The position numbers and the translations under genes are program-made. DNA of 64,000 bases from a virus (Duplodnaviria > Caudoviricetes), in the IMG/VR virus record IMGVR_UViG_3300009682_000003, positions 1 through 64,000 of that record, one strand, 5' to 3'. This document shows, one piece after another, positions 45,654 through 54,486 of the stretch; positions within the stretch are counted from its first letter, which is position 1; every line of letters begins with the position of its first letter. The notes beneath the pieces were generated by a model, which saw only the letters and a list, made by a program, of their open reading frames with translations, was not told the DNA's origin and ran no database searches.

Positions 45654-46742
45654 TTACTCCCCGATGGCGCTCGCTCCCGACCACATTGCGGCCAGGTCTT
45701 CCGGGCTGGCGAACTGTTCTTGCCTCTCGCGGGGCTTGCGACGCTGGACGCGGAACGGAGTGCCTAGCTCGGTGAGCGTCGTGTTGGCGGTCCACAGGCA
45801 CCAGCCGGTCTGGGCGACGAATCCCTCGCGCTTCGCCAGCTTGCGCAACCAGAAGTCGATCACCTTCGACCTCACCTCGTCCTGAGCACTCTCCCCAAGC
45901 GACTTTTCCTGCACCTCGACCCGAGCAAGGTCGTCGGCTCGCAGCCACAGGGTGAGCGCGGCCTGGAGGTCGCGCTGCGTGTGGACGTAGTGCTTGCCGT
46001 GCACCTCGATGAAGATCTCGTCGTACTTGGCAAGCACGCTCTCGACCATCTCCCTTTCCAGAGCCTGGAAAGAGGGAGTGCGCGGAGCGCGATCCTTCAT
46101 CTCTTCATTGGATCTCTTCCTTAAAGAGGTGGCCAGTGCAGGAATTTTCACCTCCCTCCTGAAGTCTGGATCAGGTGGGGTGGTTTTTGACCCACGGTCA
46201 ACCGAGGGGGTAACTTGCCGTTTTTTGTTGGTGTTTCGCTTGCCGCGACCCTCTTGCAGGTGGCACCTGAAGTCTGCTTCAGGTGGTTGCGCGTTCAGGT
46301 GCTTGCGGGTTTTAGCAACGAATCCGGTCGGTTCGGTCCCCGTTGGCTCGAGCGGAACCTCGGTCGGGCCGCTGCCGGCGCCGTCCAGGTTGGCGTCGCC
46401 TGGCTCGCTCGGGAGCGGCCCGCTGTGCATCCACTCGTGCTCCAAGAAGTAGTACAGGCTCGACCTGCCCTCGGCCTTGCGGTCCACCACCTCGATGAGC
46501 CCAGCCTCGCGCAGCTTGCGGATCGACGCGAAGATGGTGCGCTCGCTCACGGCTAGGTCGTCGGCCAGACGAGCCACCGAAGGGTAGGCGTAGCCGTGCC
46601 GACCGGCGTACTGGCAGAGCCTGGCGTACAGGATCTTCTCGTTTGGTGTAAGCTCTGGCTTTGACAGCAGCCAATTTGGGAGGAACGCTCCCGTCCAGAG
46701 CCGATACGGATTGATTGCCCCGCGGGGCGCTTGCCTCGACAT
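45654..46742 (-). CDS. Phage replication initiator with N-terminal winged HTH (HTH_36-like)
   Basis: LTPNEKILYARLCQYAGRHGYAYPSVARLADDLAVSERTIFASIRKLREAGLI. Confidence 0.88.
   Translation of the reverse strand: MSRQAPRGAINPYRLWTGAFLPNWLLSKPELTPNEKILYARLCQYAGRHGYAYPSVARLADDLAVSERTIFASIRKLREAGLIEVVDRKAEGRSSLYYFLEHEWMHSGPLPSEPGDANLDGAGSGPTEVPLEPTGTEPTGFVAKTRKHLNAQPPEADFRCHLQEGRGKRNTNKKRQVTPSVDRGSKTTPPDPDFRREVKIPALATSLRKRSNEEMKDRAPRTPSFQALEREMVESVLAKYDEIFIEVHGKHYVHTQRDLQAALTLWLRADDLARVEVQEKSLGESAQDEVRSKVIDFWLRKLAKREGFVAQTGWCLWTANTTLTELGTPFRVQRRKPRERQEQFASPEDLAAMWSGASAIGE
46149..46301. repeat. Iteron-like repeats inside the initiator gene (candidate origin)
   Basis: CCTGAAGTCTGGATCAGGTG (46158) vs CCTGAAGTCTGCTTCAGGTG (46266); perfect 9-bp inverted repeat 46264-46285; T-rich tract between them. 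Confidence 0.6.
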
Positions 46743-46808
46743 GATCGGTTCCCCTTCGACGCCCCGCCGAGCCACGACGGGGCGCCGCTCTTTCAGCCCC
46801 GGGCTGCG

Positions 46809-47267
46809 CTACAACTCCCCCGCCTCCGCGAAGCTGAAGTATCCCTCCTCGGTCACGATGACGTGATCGACTACGGGAATGTCTAGCAGGTCACCGGCAG
46901 CGACGATCGACCGGGTCACAGCTCGGTCAGCGCTCGACGGCCTGAGTGATCCCGCCGGGTGGTTGTGTGCCACGATCACCTTGGCGGCTCCGAGAACAAT
47001 CGCCGCCCTGAAGATCTCGCGCGGGTAGATCGGTGTGGAGTTGACCGCGCCTCTCGCGACTTCCTCCACCCCGCGCGCCCTCATTCTGGCGTCCAACGCG
47101 AACACGTAGAACGATTCCTGATCGTTCTCCGCAGCGCGCAGTCGCAGCGTCTCCCATACCTCACGCGGCCCGATGATCGGGCCGTCCGACGTGGCAGCTC
47201 GCAAGGCCGACACGTCTCGGCAAACCTTCACCCATCCGTTGGCCGACGTGGTGCAGTGCTTACTCAC
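46809..47267 (-). CDS. radC: RadC-family JAB domain protein
   Basis: QESFYVFALD, PREIFRAAI, VAHNHPAG, PSSADRAVT, DHVIV. Confidence 0.95.
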   Translation of the reverse strand: MSKHCTTSANGWVKVCRDVSALRAATSDGPIIGPREVWETLRLRAAENDQESFYVFALDARMRARGVEEVARGAVNSTPIYPREIFRAAIVLGAAKVIVAHNHPAGSLRPSSADRAVTRSIVAAGDLLDIPVVDHVIVTEEGYFSFAEAGEL

Positions 47268-47865
47268 GGTATGACCTCGCGAACTTCCAGATCAGGTCTG
47301 CCCACTGCTTGTATCCCGATGCGGTCATGTGGATGCCGTCCGACGCCTTGGGCACTTGCAGCGTCGAGCTGTCCATGATGATCACGCGAGCTTCGGCAAC
47401 GGCCTGGCTCGCGCGAATCATTGCGCGCACCTCGTTGACGTGCGGGAGCGGCGCGTTCGGGGGCTCGACCCACAGCACGCGCGTGGCTGCCGCCAGCCGG
47501 CGGACGAGCCGGTCGAGTTGGTCGCGTTCGGACGTCGGATCTTCCATCGCGGCGTCGTTGGTCCCGAGCACGACGATCACGAGCTGGAGGCCTTCGTTGT
47601 CGATGGGCGCGTTGGCGATGATTGAGGACCACTGGGCGATGCGCGTGCCCCCCCTCGCGTCGGAGTACAAGGAAAATCCGTCGCGCGCCGCTAGTTCGGT
47701 CAGCGGCTTTGTAAGCCCCACGGCGAGCGAGTCGCCAATGAGCCCGACGCGCCCCGGAGGGGTGAGGATCGGCTTGCGGTTGCGGTGCCTGACGAGCGCC
47801 CATGCAGCGACACCGAGGGCGACGCCGGCCCCGAGGATCGCTGCGATTCGACCCTTGCTTTCCAC
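47260..47865 (-). CDS. SGNH/GDSL hydrolase with N-terminal TM
   Basis: LIGDSL, LGTND, DGIHMT. Confidence 0.92.
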   Translation of the reverse strand: MESKGRIAAILGAGVALGVAAWALVRHRNRKPILTPPGRVGLIGDSLAVGLTKPLTELAARDGFSLYSDARGGTRIAQWSSIIANAPIDNEGLQLVIVVLGTNDAAMEDPTSERDQLDRLVRRLAAATRVLWVEPPNAPLPHVNEVRAMIRASQAVAEARVIIMDSSTLQVPKASDGIHMTASGYKQWADLIWKFARSYRE

Positions 47866-47874
47866 GCGCCGATC

Positions 47875-48129
47875 CTACCCCTCGCTGGGTGCGTTACTCA
47901 AGGGCACATAGGCGTCTCGCACCCTGGACGGCCAACGCTCGGACACGTCCGCGGACAGGCCGAGCCTGCGAACGGCCCTAAGCAGCGTGGTCTTGTGGAC
48001 GCCCAGGCGCTGGGCGGCTGCGCTCGTGTTGCCTTGGCACTCTTCGTAGGCCCGCAGGATCTCCCGTCGCGCCTCGTCGTCGTCGCGCCCCCTCGACAGC
48101 GTGTTGTAGCCCGACCGCTTGGCTGCCAT
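47875..48129 (-). CDS. Standalone Fis-type HTH protein 2
   Basis: ILRAYEECQGNTSAAAQRLGVHKTTLLRAVRRLGL. Confidence 0.85.
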   Translation of the reverse strand: MAAKRSGYNTLSRGRDDDEARREILRAYEECQGNTSAAAQRLGVHKTTLLRAVRRLGLSADVSERWPSRVRDAYVPLSNAPSEG

Positions 48130-48470
48130 CACTCCTCCATGCCGATGTCGTGCAGCGCGCCCTTTGCGTTCGCCGCAAGCTCGTCGATCTGCACGCCGAG
48201 CAGGCTGAAGGCGTCCACCGCAGACCGCAGCTCGCTGCTGATTTCTTCCGAAGGGCGCAAACGTCCCCGCGCGATCTCCAGCGCGTTTGATAGCCCCAAC
48301 GCAATGGCGTAGCTCTTCGTCCACCCGAACACGCCGCCCAGGCGCTCCAGCTCGCGCGCCATCGCGCCGCACTGGGCAGGGGCGCCGCGCTGGGATGCGT
48401 CTCGGAACCGCTCCAGCGCTTCGACCTTGTCCTGCCCCAGTTGCTCGACCAAACGATCCCTCAGTGCCAT
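48129..48470 (-). CDS. hypothetical protein
   Basis: GGGAG RBS; coupled to the Fis-like gene. Confidence 0.6.
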   Translation of the reverse strand: MALRDRLVEQLGQDKVEALERFRDASQRGAPAQCGAMARELERLGGVFGWTKSYAIALGLSNALEIARGRLRPSEEISSELRSAVDAFSLLGVQIDELAANAKGALHDIGMEE

Positions 48471-48487
48471 GCTGTGCTCTCCCTTCG

Positions 48488-48628
48488 TTGACAGACGCAA
48501 TGCAACGGGTAGCATTACTTGCGCCCGTCGTCCACGGGCGAGCGAAGGATCAAGGCCCTCGGTTGTTCGACCTTGTCGAAAACCGGGTGTAGTACGCGCA
48601 GACAGCGCGCACACAACGCGCACACAAC
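48488..48628. promoter_or_regulatory. Divergent control region upstream of the recombinase
   Basis: TTGACA-N16-TAGCAT (48488-48515); inverted repeats 48522-48540 and 48567-48581; 11-bp tandem repeat 48607-48628. Confidence 0.55.
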
Positions 48629-48656
48629 ACGGGAACTACGGGGAAGGTCTGGGGTA

Positions 48657-49613
48657 ATGTCAGCAGAAATGTTGCCGGTTTGCGGGGACGGCTCGCGCGC
48701 TCTGCTTGAGCTGGCTCGCGCGCTCGCAAGCGAGGCCCGCGCTCCCAACACGCGGCGCTCCTACGACTCGGCGCTCCGCTGCTTCGCCTTGTTCTGCGAA
48801 CAGCACTCGTTGGTGCAAGAGCCGCAGCCGGCGCAGGTCTGCGCGTTCGTTGCTTGGCTTGCGGAACAAGGGCGATCGGTCGCGACAGTTGAGCGGGCGA
48901 TGGCGGCGCTCGCGCACGCAGCAACGCAACAAGGCCTTGCAGCGCCCGCGAGCCATCCAGCCGTGTCCGAGGTTCTGGAGGGCGTGCGGCGCGTCCTGGG
49001 GCGTGCTCAGGACCGCAAGGCGGCGGTCCTGGTCACGGACCTGCGGGCCATGAGCGAGGCGCTGGGCGAAGGCCTTGCGGCAACCAGGGACCGGGCGGTG
49101 CTCGTGCTGGGGTTCGCGGCGGCGCTGCGTCGCGCCGAGCTGGTCGCGCTCGACGTGGGCGACCTCCAGTTTGTCGAGCAGGGCGTGATCGTCACGCTGC
49201 GCCGCTCCAAGACCGACCAGCACGCAGAAGGCACGGTCAAGGCCGTCCCCCGGGGCTTGAACGCCCCGACCTGCGCTGTGCGGTGCGTCGAGGCCTGGCT
49301 GGGGGCAGCCCGGCTCGACGAAGGCCCCCTGTTCCGCCGCATCGGCGCGGGAGGCAAGGTGCTACGCCAGCGCATGAGCGACCGGGCCGTGGCTCGCCTG
49401 GTCAAGCGCGCCTGCGCGAACGTCGGGCTCGACCCGAAGCGCTACGCCGGCCACTCCCTGCGTGCCGGCCTGGCGACCGAGGCCGCACGCAGGGGCAAGA
49501 GCGACTGGTCAATCATGCGGCAGACCGGGCACACCAACCCGGCGACGCTCGCGAAGTACGTGAGGGAGGCAAGGCTGTGGGAGGACAACGCGGCAGACGA
49601 CCTGGGCCTGTGA
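48657..49613 (+). CDS. Tyrosine recombinase/integrase (Cre/XerD-like, with N-terminal SAM-like domain)
   Basis: RDRAVLVLGFAAALRRAEL, RRSKTDQ, GHSLRAG, MRQTGH, Y. Confidence 0.95.
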   Translation: MSAEMLPVCGDGSRALLELARALASEARAPNTRRSYDSALRCFALFCEQHSLVQEPQPAQVCAFVAWLAEQGRSVATVERAMAALAHAATQQGLAAPASHPAVSEVLEGVRRVLGRAQDRKAAVLVTDLRAMSEALGEGLAATRDRAVLVLGFAAALRRAELVALDVGDLQFVEQGVIVTLRRSKTDQHAEGTVKAVPRGLNAPTCAVRCVEAWLGAARLDEGPLFRRIGAGGKVLRQRMSDRAVARLVKRACANVGLDPKRYAGHSLRAGLATEAARRGKSDWSIMRQTGHTNPATLAKYVREARLWEDNAADDLGL

Positions 49614-49816
49614 CGCCGATCGTGGGCGACGACCTGCTGCTCGGAACGAGGGTGGAGGCCTGGGCCGACCAGCAAGCCGTGGACATGGTGCTCATGCAGC
49701 GCGCGCTGCGGTTGTTCCCGAGGGCGCAGGTGCCAGGGTTCATGCTGGCCTGGTGCCATGCGATAGGCCACGATCCGGTGGCGCAGGGAGGTGATCATGG
49801 GGCGAAAAGGGGATGA
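49610..49816 (+). CDS. hypothetical protein
   Basis: GTGA overlap with the integrase stop. Confidence 0.45.
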   Translation: MTPIVGDDLLLGTRVEAWADQQAVDMVLMQRALRLFPRAQVPGFMLAWCHAIGHDPVAQGGDHGAKRG

Positions 49817-50498
49817 GTACCGCGTGGACCTCGTCGGGTTCGACGTCGAGACGACCGGGCTCAGGCCGGGCGATCGAGTCGTGCAGATCGGCGTTGTGGG
49901 ATACAAGCTCGACGGCACGGCGCGATGGAGGTGGGAACGGCTGCTGAACCCTGGGACGATCGACTGGGGCGACCCGGGCACCGCGGAAGCGTGCCGGGTC
50001 AACGGCGTGACGCCTGCCTGCCTCGTCGGCGCCCCCTCGTTCTGCGAGGTCGCAGGCGAGGTCGTCAGCCTGCTTGCGTGCGCTCCGCGCGTTTGCTCGC
50101 ACAACCTCACGTTCGATCTGTACTGCCTGGTGGGCGAGCTGTGCCGGGGCGGCGCGCAGGTCGAGCTCCCTTTCAACTCGGCCTGGTGCACGATGATCCT
50201 CGACTACGGCAGGGCGCTGGAGCGGTGGGGCGAAGCGGCAGACAGCCTGAGCTACTCGCTGGCTGCCTGCTGCGCGCGGCGCTCGATCCCGATCAGGCCC
50301 GTGCTCGCCGTGGGGTTGCATGACGGGTTGCACACCGCGGCGTTCGACGCGGACTGCGCAGCGAAGCTGTGGCTCGATATTGCGTCGGAGCGCGAACCAA
50401 CGCGCGAGGAGCTGCTGCGCGCGTCCGTCGCGTGGCGCCAGCGGCTCGAGCGAAAGCGTGCCGAAAGGAAGCGCCAACAGACAGTCGCAACAACCTAG
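49797..50498 (+). CDS. DEDDh 3'-5' exonuclease (DnaQ/epsilon-like)
   Basis: FDVETTGL, SHNLTFD, WCTM, HTAAFDA. Confidence 0.9.
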   Translation: MGRKGDEYRVDLVGFDVETTGLRPGDRVVQIGVVGYKLDGTARWRWERLLNPGTIDWGDPGTAEACRVNGVTPACLVGAPSFCEVAGEVVSLLACAPRVCSHNLTFDLYCLVGELCRGGAQVELPFNSAWCTMILDYGRALERWGEAADSLSYSLAACCARRSIPIRPVLAVGLHDGLHTAAFDADCAAKLWLDIASEREPTREELLRASVAWRQRLERKRAERKRQQTVATT

Positions 50499-50574
50499 CG
50501 AGCCGTGGTAGCCTCGGGGCATGCAGAACGTCGAACAACGGTGGGATGGTTCGGTGGGCGCCTGCCCGCCGCGA

Positions 50575-51090
50575 ATGGCGTGGGCTACTTGCTACCGATG
50601 CGGGCGACCGGGATGCCCCGGCGACTGCCCGGCGGACTCGCTCAGCGGCGTTGCCGGGTGCGGGAGCTGCGGCCTCGGGGCCGTGGGCCTCGGGCCGATG
50701 CCGATCGGGCTCGGAATGGTGGGTCAGGCGACAACCGGCACGGGCGAGGGCATCCCTGCGATGACCGAGCAGCAGCGCGCGATCGTGTGCGAGCAAGCGA
50801 AACGCTTTGGCCGCGGGTACGCGGTCGAGGGCAAGTACGCGGACGCGGAAGGCGCGTGGAACTCCATGTTCGACCTGGCCGCGCAGAGCCTGCCCGCCGA
50901 CATGCTGCCCCGCCTCGAAGCCCTCAAGAACCACCCCGAGGTCGCCAAGATCAAGGCGTGCTTCGTCGCTGGGTTCGACGAGCAGAAGGGCTCGTTCTAC
51001 AGCCAGCCAGCCGGCAAGAAGGGCCTCATGTGGGGCGCGATCGGCGGCTTGGTCGTCGGCGGCGTGGTGACGTGGCTGATCGTTCGGTAG
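50575..51090 (+). CDS. Tail-anchored membrane protein with Cys- and Gly-rich N-terminus
   Basis: CYRCGRPGCPGDC; GLGAVGLG...GMVGQ; LMWGAIGGLVVGGVVTWLIVR; start uncertain. Confidence 0.65.
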   Translation: MAWATCYRCGRPGCPGDCPADSLSGVAGCGSCGLGAVGLGPMPIGLGMVGQATTGTGEGIPAMTEQQRAIVCEQAKRFGRGYAVEGKYADAEGAWNSMFDLAAQSLPADMLPRLEALKNHPEVAKIKACFVAGFDEQKGSFYSQPAGKKGLMWGAIGGLVVGGVVTWLIVR

Positions 51091-51101
51091 CCCGCGGTTG
51101 G

Positions 51102-51404
51102 TTGCCCCTCCAGCTTGTGCTCGCGGTCGAGCCGGCGGCAGAGCTGCTGGGCGTGTCCGCCGTCGCCCGCGGCGATGGGTTCGTCCGCGTGTACGAGCGA
51201 GCAGGCAAGCCCCGCAACGTGCCCGAGGCCTGGAAGCGCAAGCGCTTCGGTTTCGTCTCACGTCACATGGCGCAGGCGCTTGCGCGCGCCGAGCCGTTCT
51301 GGGTCAACGGGCACCCGACGCGCCGGCACCTCGCGCTCGTCATGTGGGCGTACAGCCCGACGCCGGGACGGTTGCGGGCCTGGGCGAAAACGGTGACCGC
51401 GTAG
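51102..51404 (+). CDS. conserved-looking hypothetical protein
   Basis: WKRKRFGFVSRHMAQ...PTRRHLALVMWAYSP; start uncertain. Confidence 0.6.
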   Translation: MPLQLVLAVEPAAELLGVSAVARGDGFVRVYERAGKPRNVPEAWKRKRFGFVSRHMAQALARAEPFWVNGHPTRRHLALVMWAYSPTPGRLRAWAKTVTA

Positions 51405-51420
51405 CTTGGGGAGATCAGGC

Positions 51421-51576
51421 GTGACGACCAAGAAGAGCAAGGACACCTCCAAGGACCAGCGCGGTTACCTGGGCACCTACGATCCGAACAAGCCGCTTCG
51501 CATCGGGTTCAAGGGCTGGCGCGTGATACAGCCGCCGCCCCAACCGAGAGCAGAGCAGGATCGCGTCAGCTCTTGA
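51421..51576 (+). CDS. small hypothetical protein
   Basis: GTG after GGGGAG; 51 aa by hand translation. Confidence 0.35.
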   Translation: MTTKKSKDTSKDQRGYLGTYDPNKPLRIGFKGWRVIQPPPQPRAEQDRVSS

Positions 51577-51811
51577 CAAGGCGCAGGTGCGTTCGGTGCG
51601 CCGCGTGCCACCTGGCGACTTGCCTCTGCGCCTGGGGCAACGCCTCGGCTCCCCCGCATCCGGCGAAGATCACCTCGCTGTCGGACGAGGGGTAGTGCGG
51701 GGCGATCGGTTCCCCCTCGCTGAGCGTCACGATCTTGGCGCTCTTCGTCCTGTTGTCCCAGAACGCGAAGACGTGCCCGTCGCATAGCGCGTGCGTGCCG
51801 GCGTAAGCCAT
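51566..51811 (-). CDS. hypothetical protein
   Basis: GGAGGG RBS. Confidence 0.55.
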   Translation of the reverse strand: MAYAGTHALCDGHVFAFWDNRTKSAKIVTLSEGEPIAPHYPSSDSEVIFAGCGGAEALPQAQRQVARWHAAHRTHLRLVKS

Positions 51812-52501
51812 TCAGCCCTCCAGCGACCAGATCGAGTCTCGGATGATCCCGTCGAGCGTGACGCCCACCAGCGCAAGGATGCGTTCTCGCTCTTGCGGGC
51901 TCGGCGCGTAGGCGACGACCTCGCCTATTGCTTCCCGCAAGCGATGTCTGGAGGGCTCGCACGGGTACTCGATGAACCCGAGCAGCCTTGTGCTGTCGAA
52001 GCGGTGCGCCGACTCGTTCACCCGGTCGCCCTCGTTGCCGCCGATCGCGGTGTACCCGCTGGGCGTGATCCCGCTCACGCGATTGACGTGCCGCCACCAG
52101 GAAGTCTCGGGCTTGCCGGCCTGGGACCGATCGTAGATCGCAAGGTCGCCCAGCTCGGGGAGCCACTCGCCGGAACGAACCAGCGCCGCGGGTCGCCAAC
52201 GGCCCGTCCACGGTCCCGCCGGATCGACGGCGTCCGCGACGGCCTCGACGACGCCCGCGCGATAGCCGTGCGCGGGCAGCTCACCGTCGAGCATCGCTTG
52301 GTGCATGCACCACGACGCAAATGCCATGCACCAGTTGGAGGCCTTGAGCCCGAGGAGCTGCTCGGTCCCATGCCGCCGGCACGGCGCAAGGTACTCCAGC
52401 ACGCGCGGCCCGGTGTTCGATCCGAACGGGTGCTCGCGCACGCCGGCCAGCAGTTCTGCCCGGGCGACGGCAAGCGCTCGCTCGCCCAGGGTGCCGGTCA
52501 C
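51812..52501 (-). CDS. CHAP-domain amidase/endopeptidase
   Basis: SNTGPRVLEYL, NWCMAFASW, GDLAIY, HV, IGGN. Confidence 0.85.
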   Translation of the reverse strand: MTGTLGERALAVARAELLAGVREHPFGSNTGPRVLEYLAPCRRHGTEQLLGLKASNWCMAFASWCMHQAMLDGELPAHGYRAGVVEAVADAVDPAGPWTGRWRPAALVRSGEWLPELGDLAIYDRSQAGKPETSWWRHVNRVSGITPSGYTAIGGNEGDRVNESAHRFDSTRLLGFIEYPCEPSRHRLREAIGEVVAYAPSPQERERILALVGVTLDGIIRDSIWSLEG

Positions 52502-52848
52502 AACGCCTCGCTCACGTCGATCCCGGCGCGGAGCTGTCCCGTTTCGACGAGCCAGCGCGACACCCAGCCGACTAGCACCGCGGCCTCGGGGAGCTGATAG
52601 CCGCCTGACACCACGTCGAGGCGCTTGGGGTCGATGTGCACGGACCTGGCACTCGCGAAGTTGAAGTTGCCGCGCCCTCCGTTGTCGATGTCGTAGTAGA
52701 TCGACTGGGGCTTGAACCAAAGCCGCAAGCGGCGGCTCGGGTCGGTGGCGTGCGGGATCTTCAGCCCGCGTTTCACCTCCCAGCCCATCTTGTCGAGGCC
52801 TTCGAGCACCGCGGCTTGAATCTGCGCGTAGGTTCGTTGCTTGGGCAT
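52498..52848 (-). CDS. hypothetical protein
   Basis: GAGG RBS; coupled. Confidence 0.6.
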   Translation of the reverse strand: MPKQRTYAQIQAAVLEGLDKMGWEVKRGLKIPHATDPSRRLRLWFKPQSIYYDIDNGGRGNFNFASARSVHIDPKRLDVVSGGYQLPEAAVLVGWVSRWLVETGQLRAGIDVSEAL

Positions 52849-52855
52849 GCTCGCC

Positions 52856-53422
52856 TCAGAACGGATTAGACCAGTTGTGGTACTGCTGCGCGGTGATGAG
52901 CCCGTCCTTCTGGAGCGCGTCGGTGTAGTTGTTCCACGCCTCGGCCCGCGCAACGCGATCGATCCTACCCCAGCGCTCGTACTGCGCCTGGACGTGCGGC
53001 AGCACGTACTCGCGGAACTGGGCGAGCGCCTCGGCTTTGGTCATGCGACCGCGGCGACCTTCCTCCGCGAAGCGTCCCTTCTGGCCTGGCGAGCGGCGCA
53101 CGAGGTAGCGCCCCTGGTCGTCCATCGCAACGCTGGTTGCCTCCTCGATCGCGTCTGCCGTCTCGGGGTCGGGCGCCCATTCGGGCGTGTCGTCGCCGCG
53201 GTTGTGCGTCGTGTAGTAGCTGCCGAACCCCACCGCAGAGCTTGCGGCGGCGTCGTAGGCGTCGGGGCTGTCCGCCGCCTTGTATCCCCCGGGCACACCG
53301 AGGTCGGAGAAGTGCCACACCTTGCCGTGCGCGCTGATCGTTCCCTTGTACTGGTCGTGCGTGCCTCGCGTGCCGTAGTACTCGATGTCCACGACCGCGT
53401 CCCCGATGTACCTGCGTGCCAT
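52856..53422 (-). CDS. Two-domain phage hypothetical protein
   Basis: C-terminal MTKAEALAQFR...EAWNNYTDALQKDGLITAQQYHNWSNPF looks like a standalone phage family. Confidence 0.7.
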   Translation of the reverse strand: MARRYIGDAVVDIEYYGTRGTHDQYKGTISAHGKVWHFSDLGVPGGYKAADSPDAYDAAASSAVGFGSYYTTHNRGDDTPEWAPDPETADAIEEATSVAMDDQGRYLVRRSPGQKGRFAEEGRRGRMTKAEALAQFREYVLPHVQAQYERWGRIDRVARAEAWNNYTDALQKDGLITAQQYHNWSNPF

Positions 53423-53434
53423 GCTGGCCTCCTA

Positions 53435-53989
53435 CTACCACATGACGCCAGAGCGCGGCAGCGCCCCGGTGTCGAGGAAGTACTGAATGTCGTGCCGAGC
53501 GTCCGCTGCGAAGTCTGCCCAGCGGGCGTGGCCATGAGTGCCGACGATGCTCATGAAGTAGGAGCGGTTCGGCGTTCGCTTGACCACGAGTGTCTTGCCG
53601 TGTGCGCTGTACTGCACCTGCTGCCCTTGCTTGCGCGGCAGACGCAATCCCTCGCCAGCAAAGTAAGGCTCGATCGTCTCGCGCAGCGCGATCTCCTCGA
53701 ACCGGATCGCGTCGCCCGCGTCCACTGCATGCCAAGCCTTCACGATCTTCCGGTCCCCAGGCCTGCCGTGCCAGACCTCTTCGGTGAGCTCGACGAACCA
53801 GCCGTGCGGGTCATGATGGGAAAGCTCGTAGCGCCTTCTCCTGCCCGGCGGTCCAAACGCGGCGAACACCGCTTGCCCGACGGTGCGTCGGTCGAGCGAC
53901 TGGCCCTCGTGGATCAGGCCCTCCTTCTGCGCAACGTAGGTTGCGGCCCCACCCGCTACCCCGCCCAACAAGAACCACAGGAAACTCAT
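53435..53989 (-). CDS. hypothetical protein with N-terminal TM
   Basis: MSFLWFLLGGVAGGAATY. Confidence 0.65.
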   Translation of the reverse strand: MSFLWFLLGGVAGGAATYVAQKEGLIHEGQSLDRRTVGQAVFAAFGPPGRRRRYELSHHDPHGWFVELTEEVWHGRPGDRKIVKAWHAVDAGDAIRFEEIALRETIEPYFAGEGLRLPRKQGQQVQYSAHGKTLVVKRTPNRSYFMSIVGTHGHARWADFAADARHDIQYFLDTGALPRSGVMW

Positions 53990-54000
53990 GGCATCGACTC

Positions 54001-54486
54001 CTACGTGTACTCAATGAGGCCTGCGCGTTCCAACCGACGCAGCACGAGCGTCGTGTCGAAGCAGCTAAGCCCGGTTCGCTGGGCGATTGCGCCTTTCGAG
54101 GTCGCTCCCGCCCTGATCGCGTCGAGCACGGCCTCGTTCTCGTGGCGCGTGACCGCCATTTGCTGCCAGTGCGGCATCTTCGACCGCTCGGCCTGGGTAG
54201 GCCACTTGCGATCCTCGCGCAGCTCCCACACCTCCTCGACGTCCTCGAAGTAGCCGGGGTCTTCGGCTCTCGCTCCGAACTGAAACGTGAGCGGCACCAT
54301 GCGTCCGCGATGGGGCCACGCTTGCCCGGGGTACCACGCGCCGACCGTGCCATCGGCGGTGTCGTACCATACGACGACGAGCGCCTCAGAGCTTGGGTGC
54401 TCCCAGTATTTGCGCCCGCCGACAGCGCCGAGGTCGGCGCGCGATCGCGACTCGAAGTCGAGTAGCACCGGGGCGACGTGCGTCAT
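54001..54486 (-). pseudogene. Chimeric ORF: N-terminal remnant of a phage family-A DNA polymerase exonuclease fused to a winged-HTH fragment
   Basis: LLDFESRSRADLGAVGGRKYWEHPSSEAL stops matching after about 60 aa; C-terminal IAQRTGLS...LRRLERAGLIE. Confidence 0.55.

Noticed and set aside
54001-54486. Functional DNA polymerase
   Set aside because: Only about 60 aa resemble a PolA N-terminus; no polymerase domain follows.
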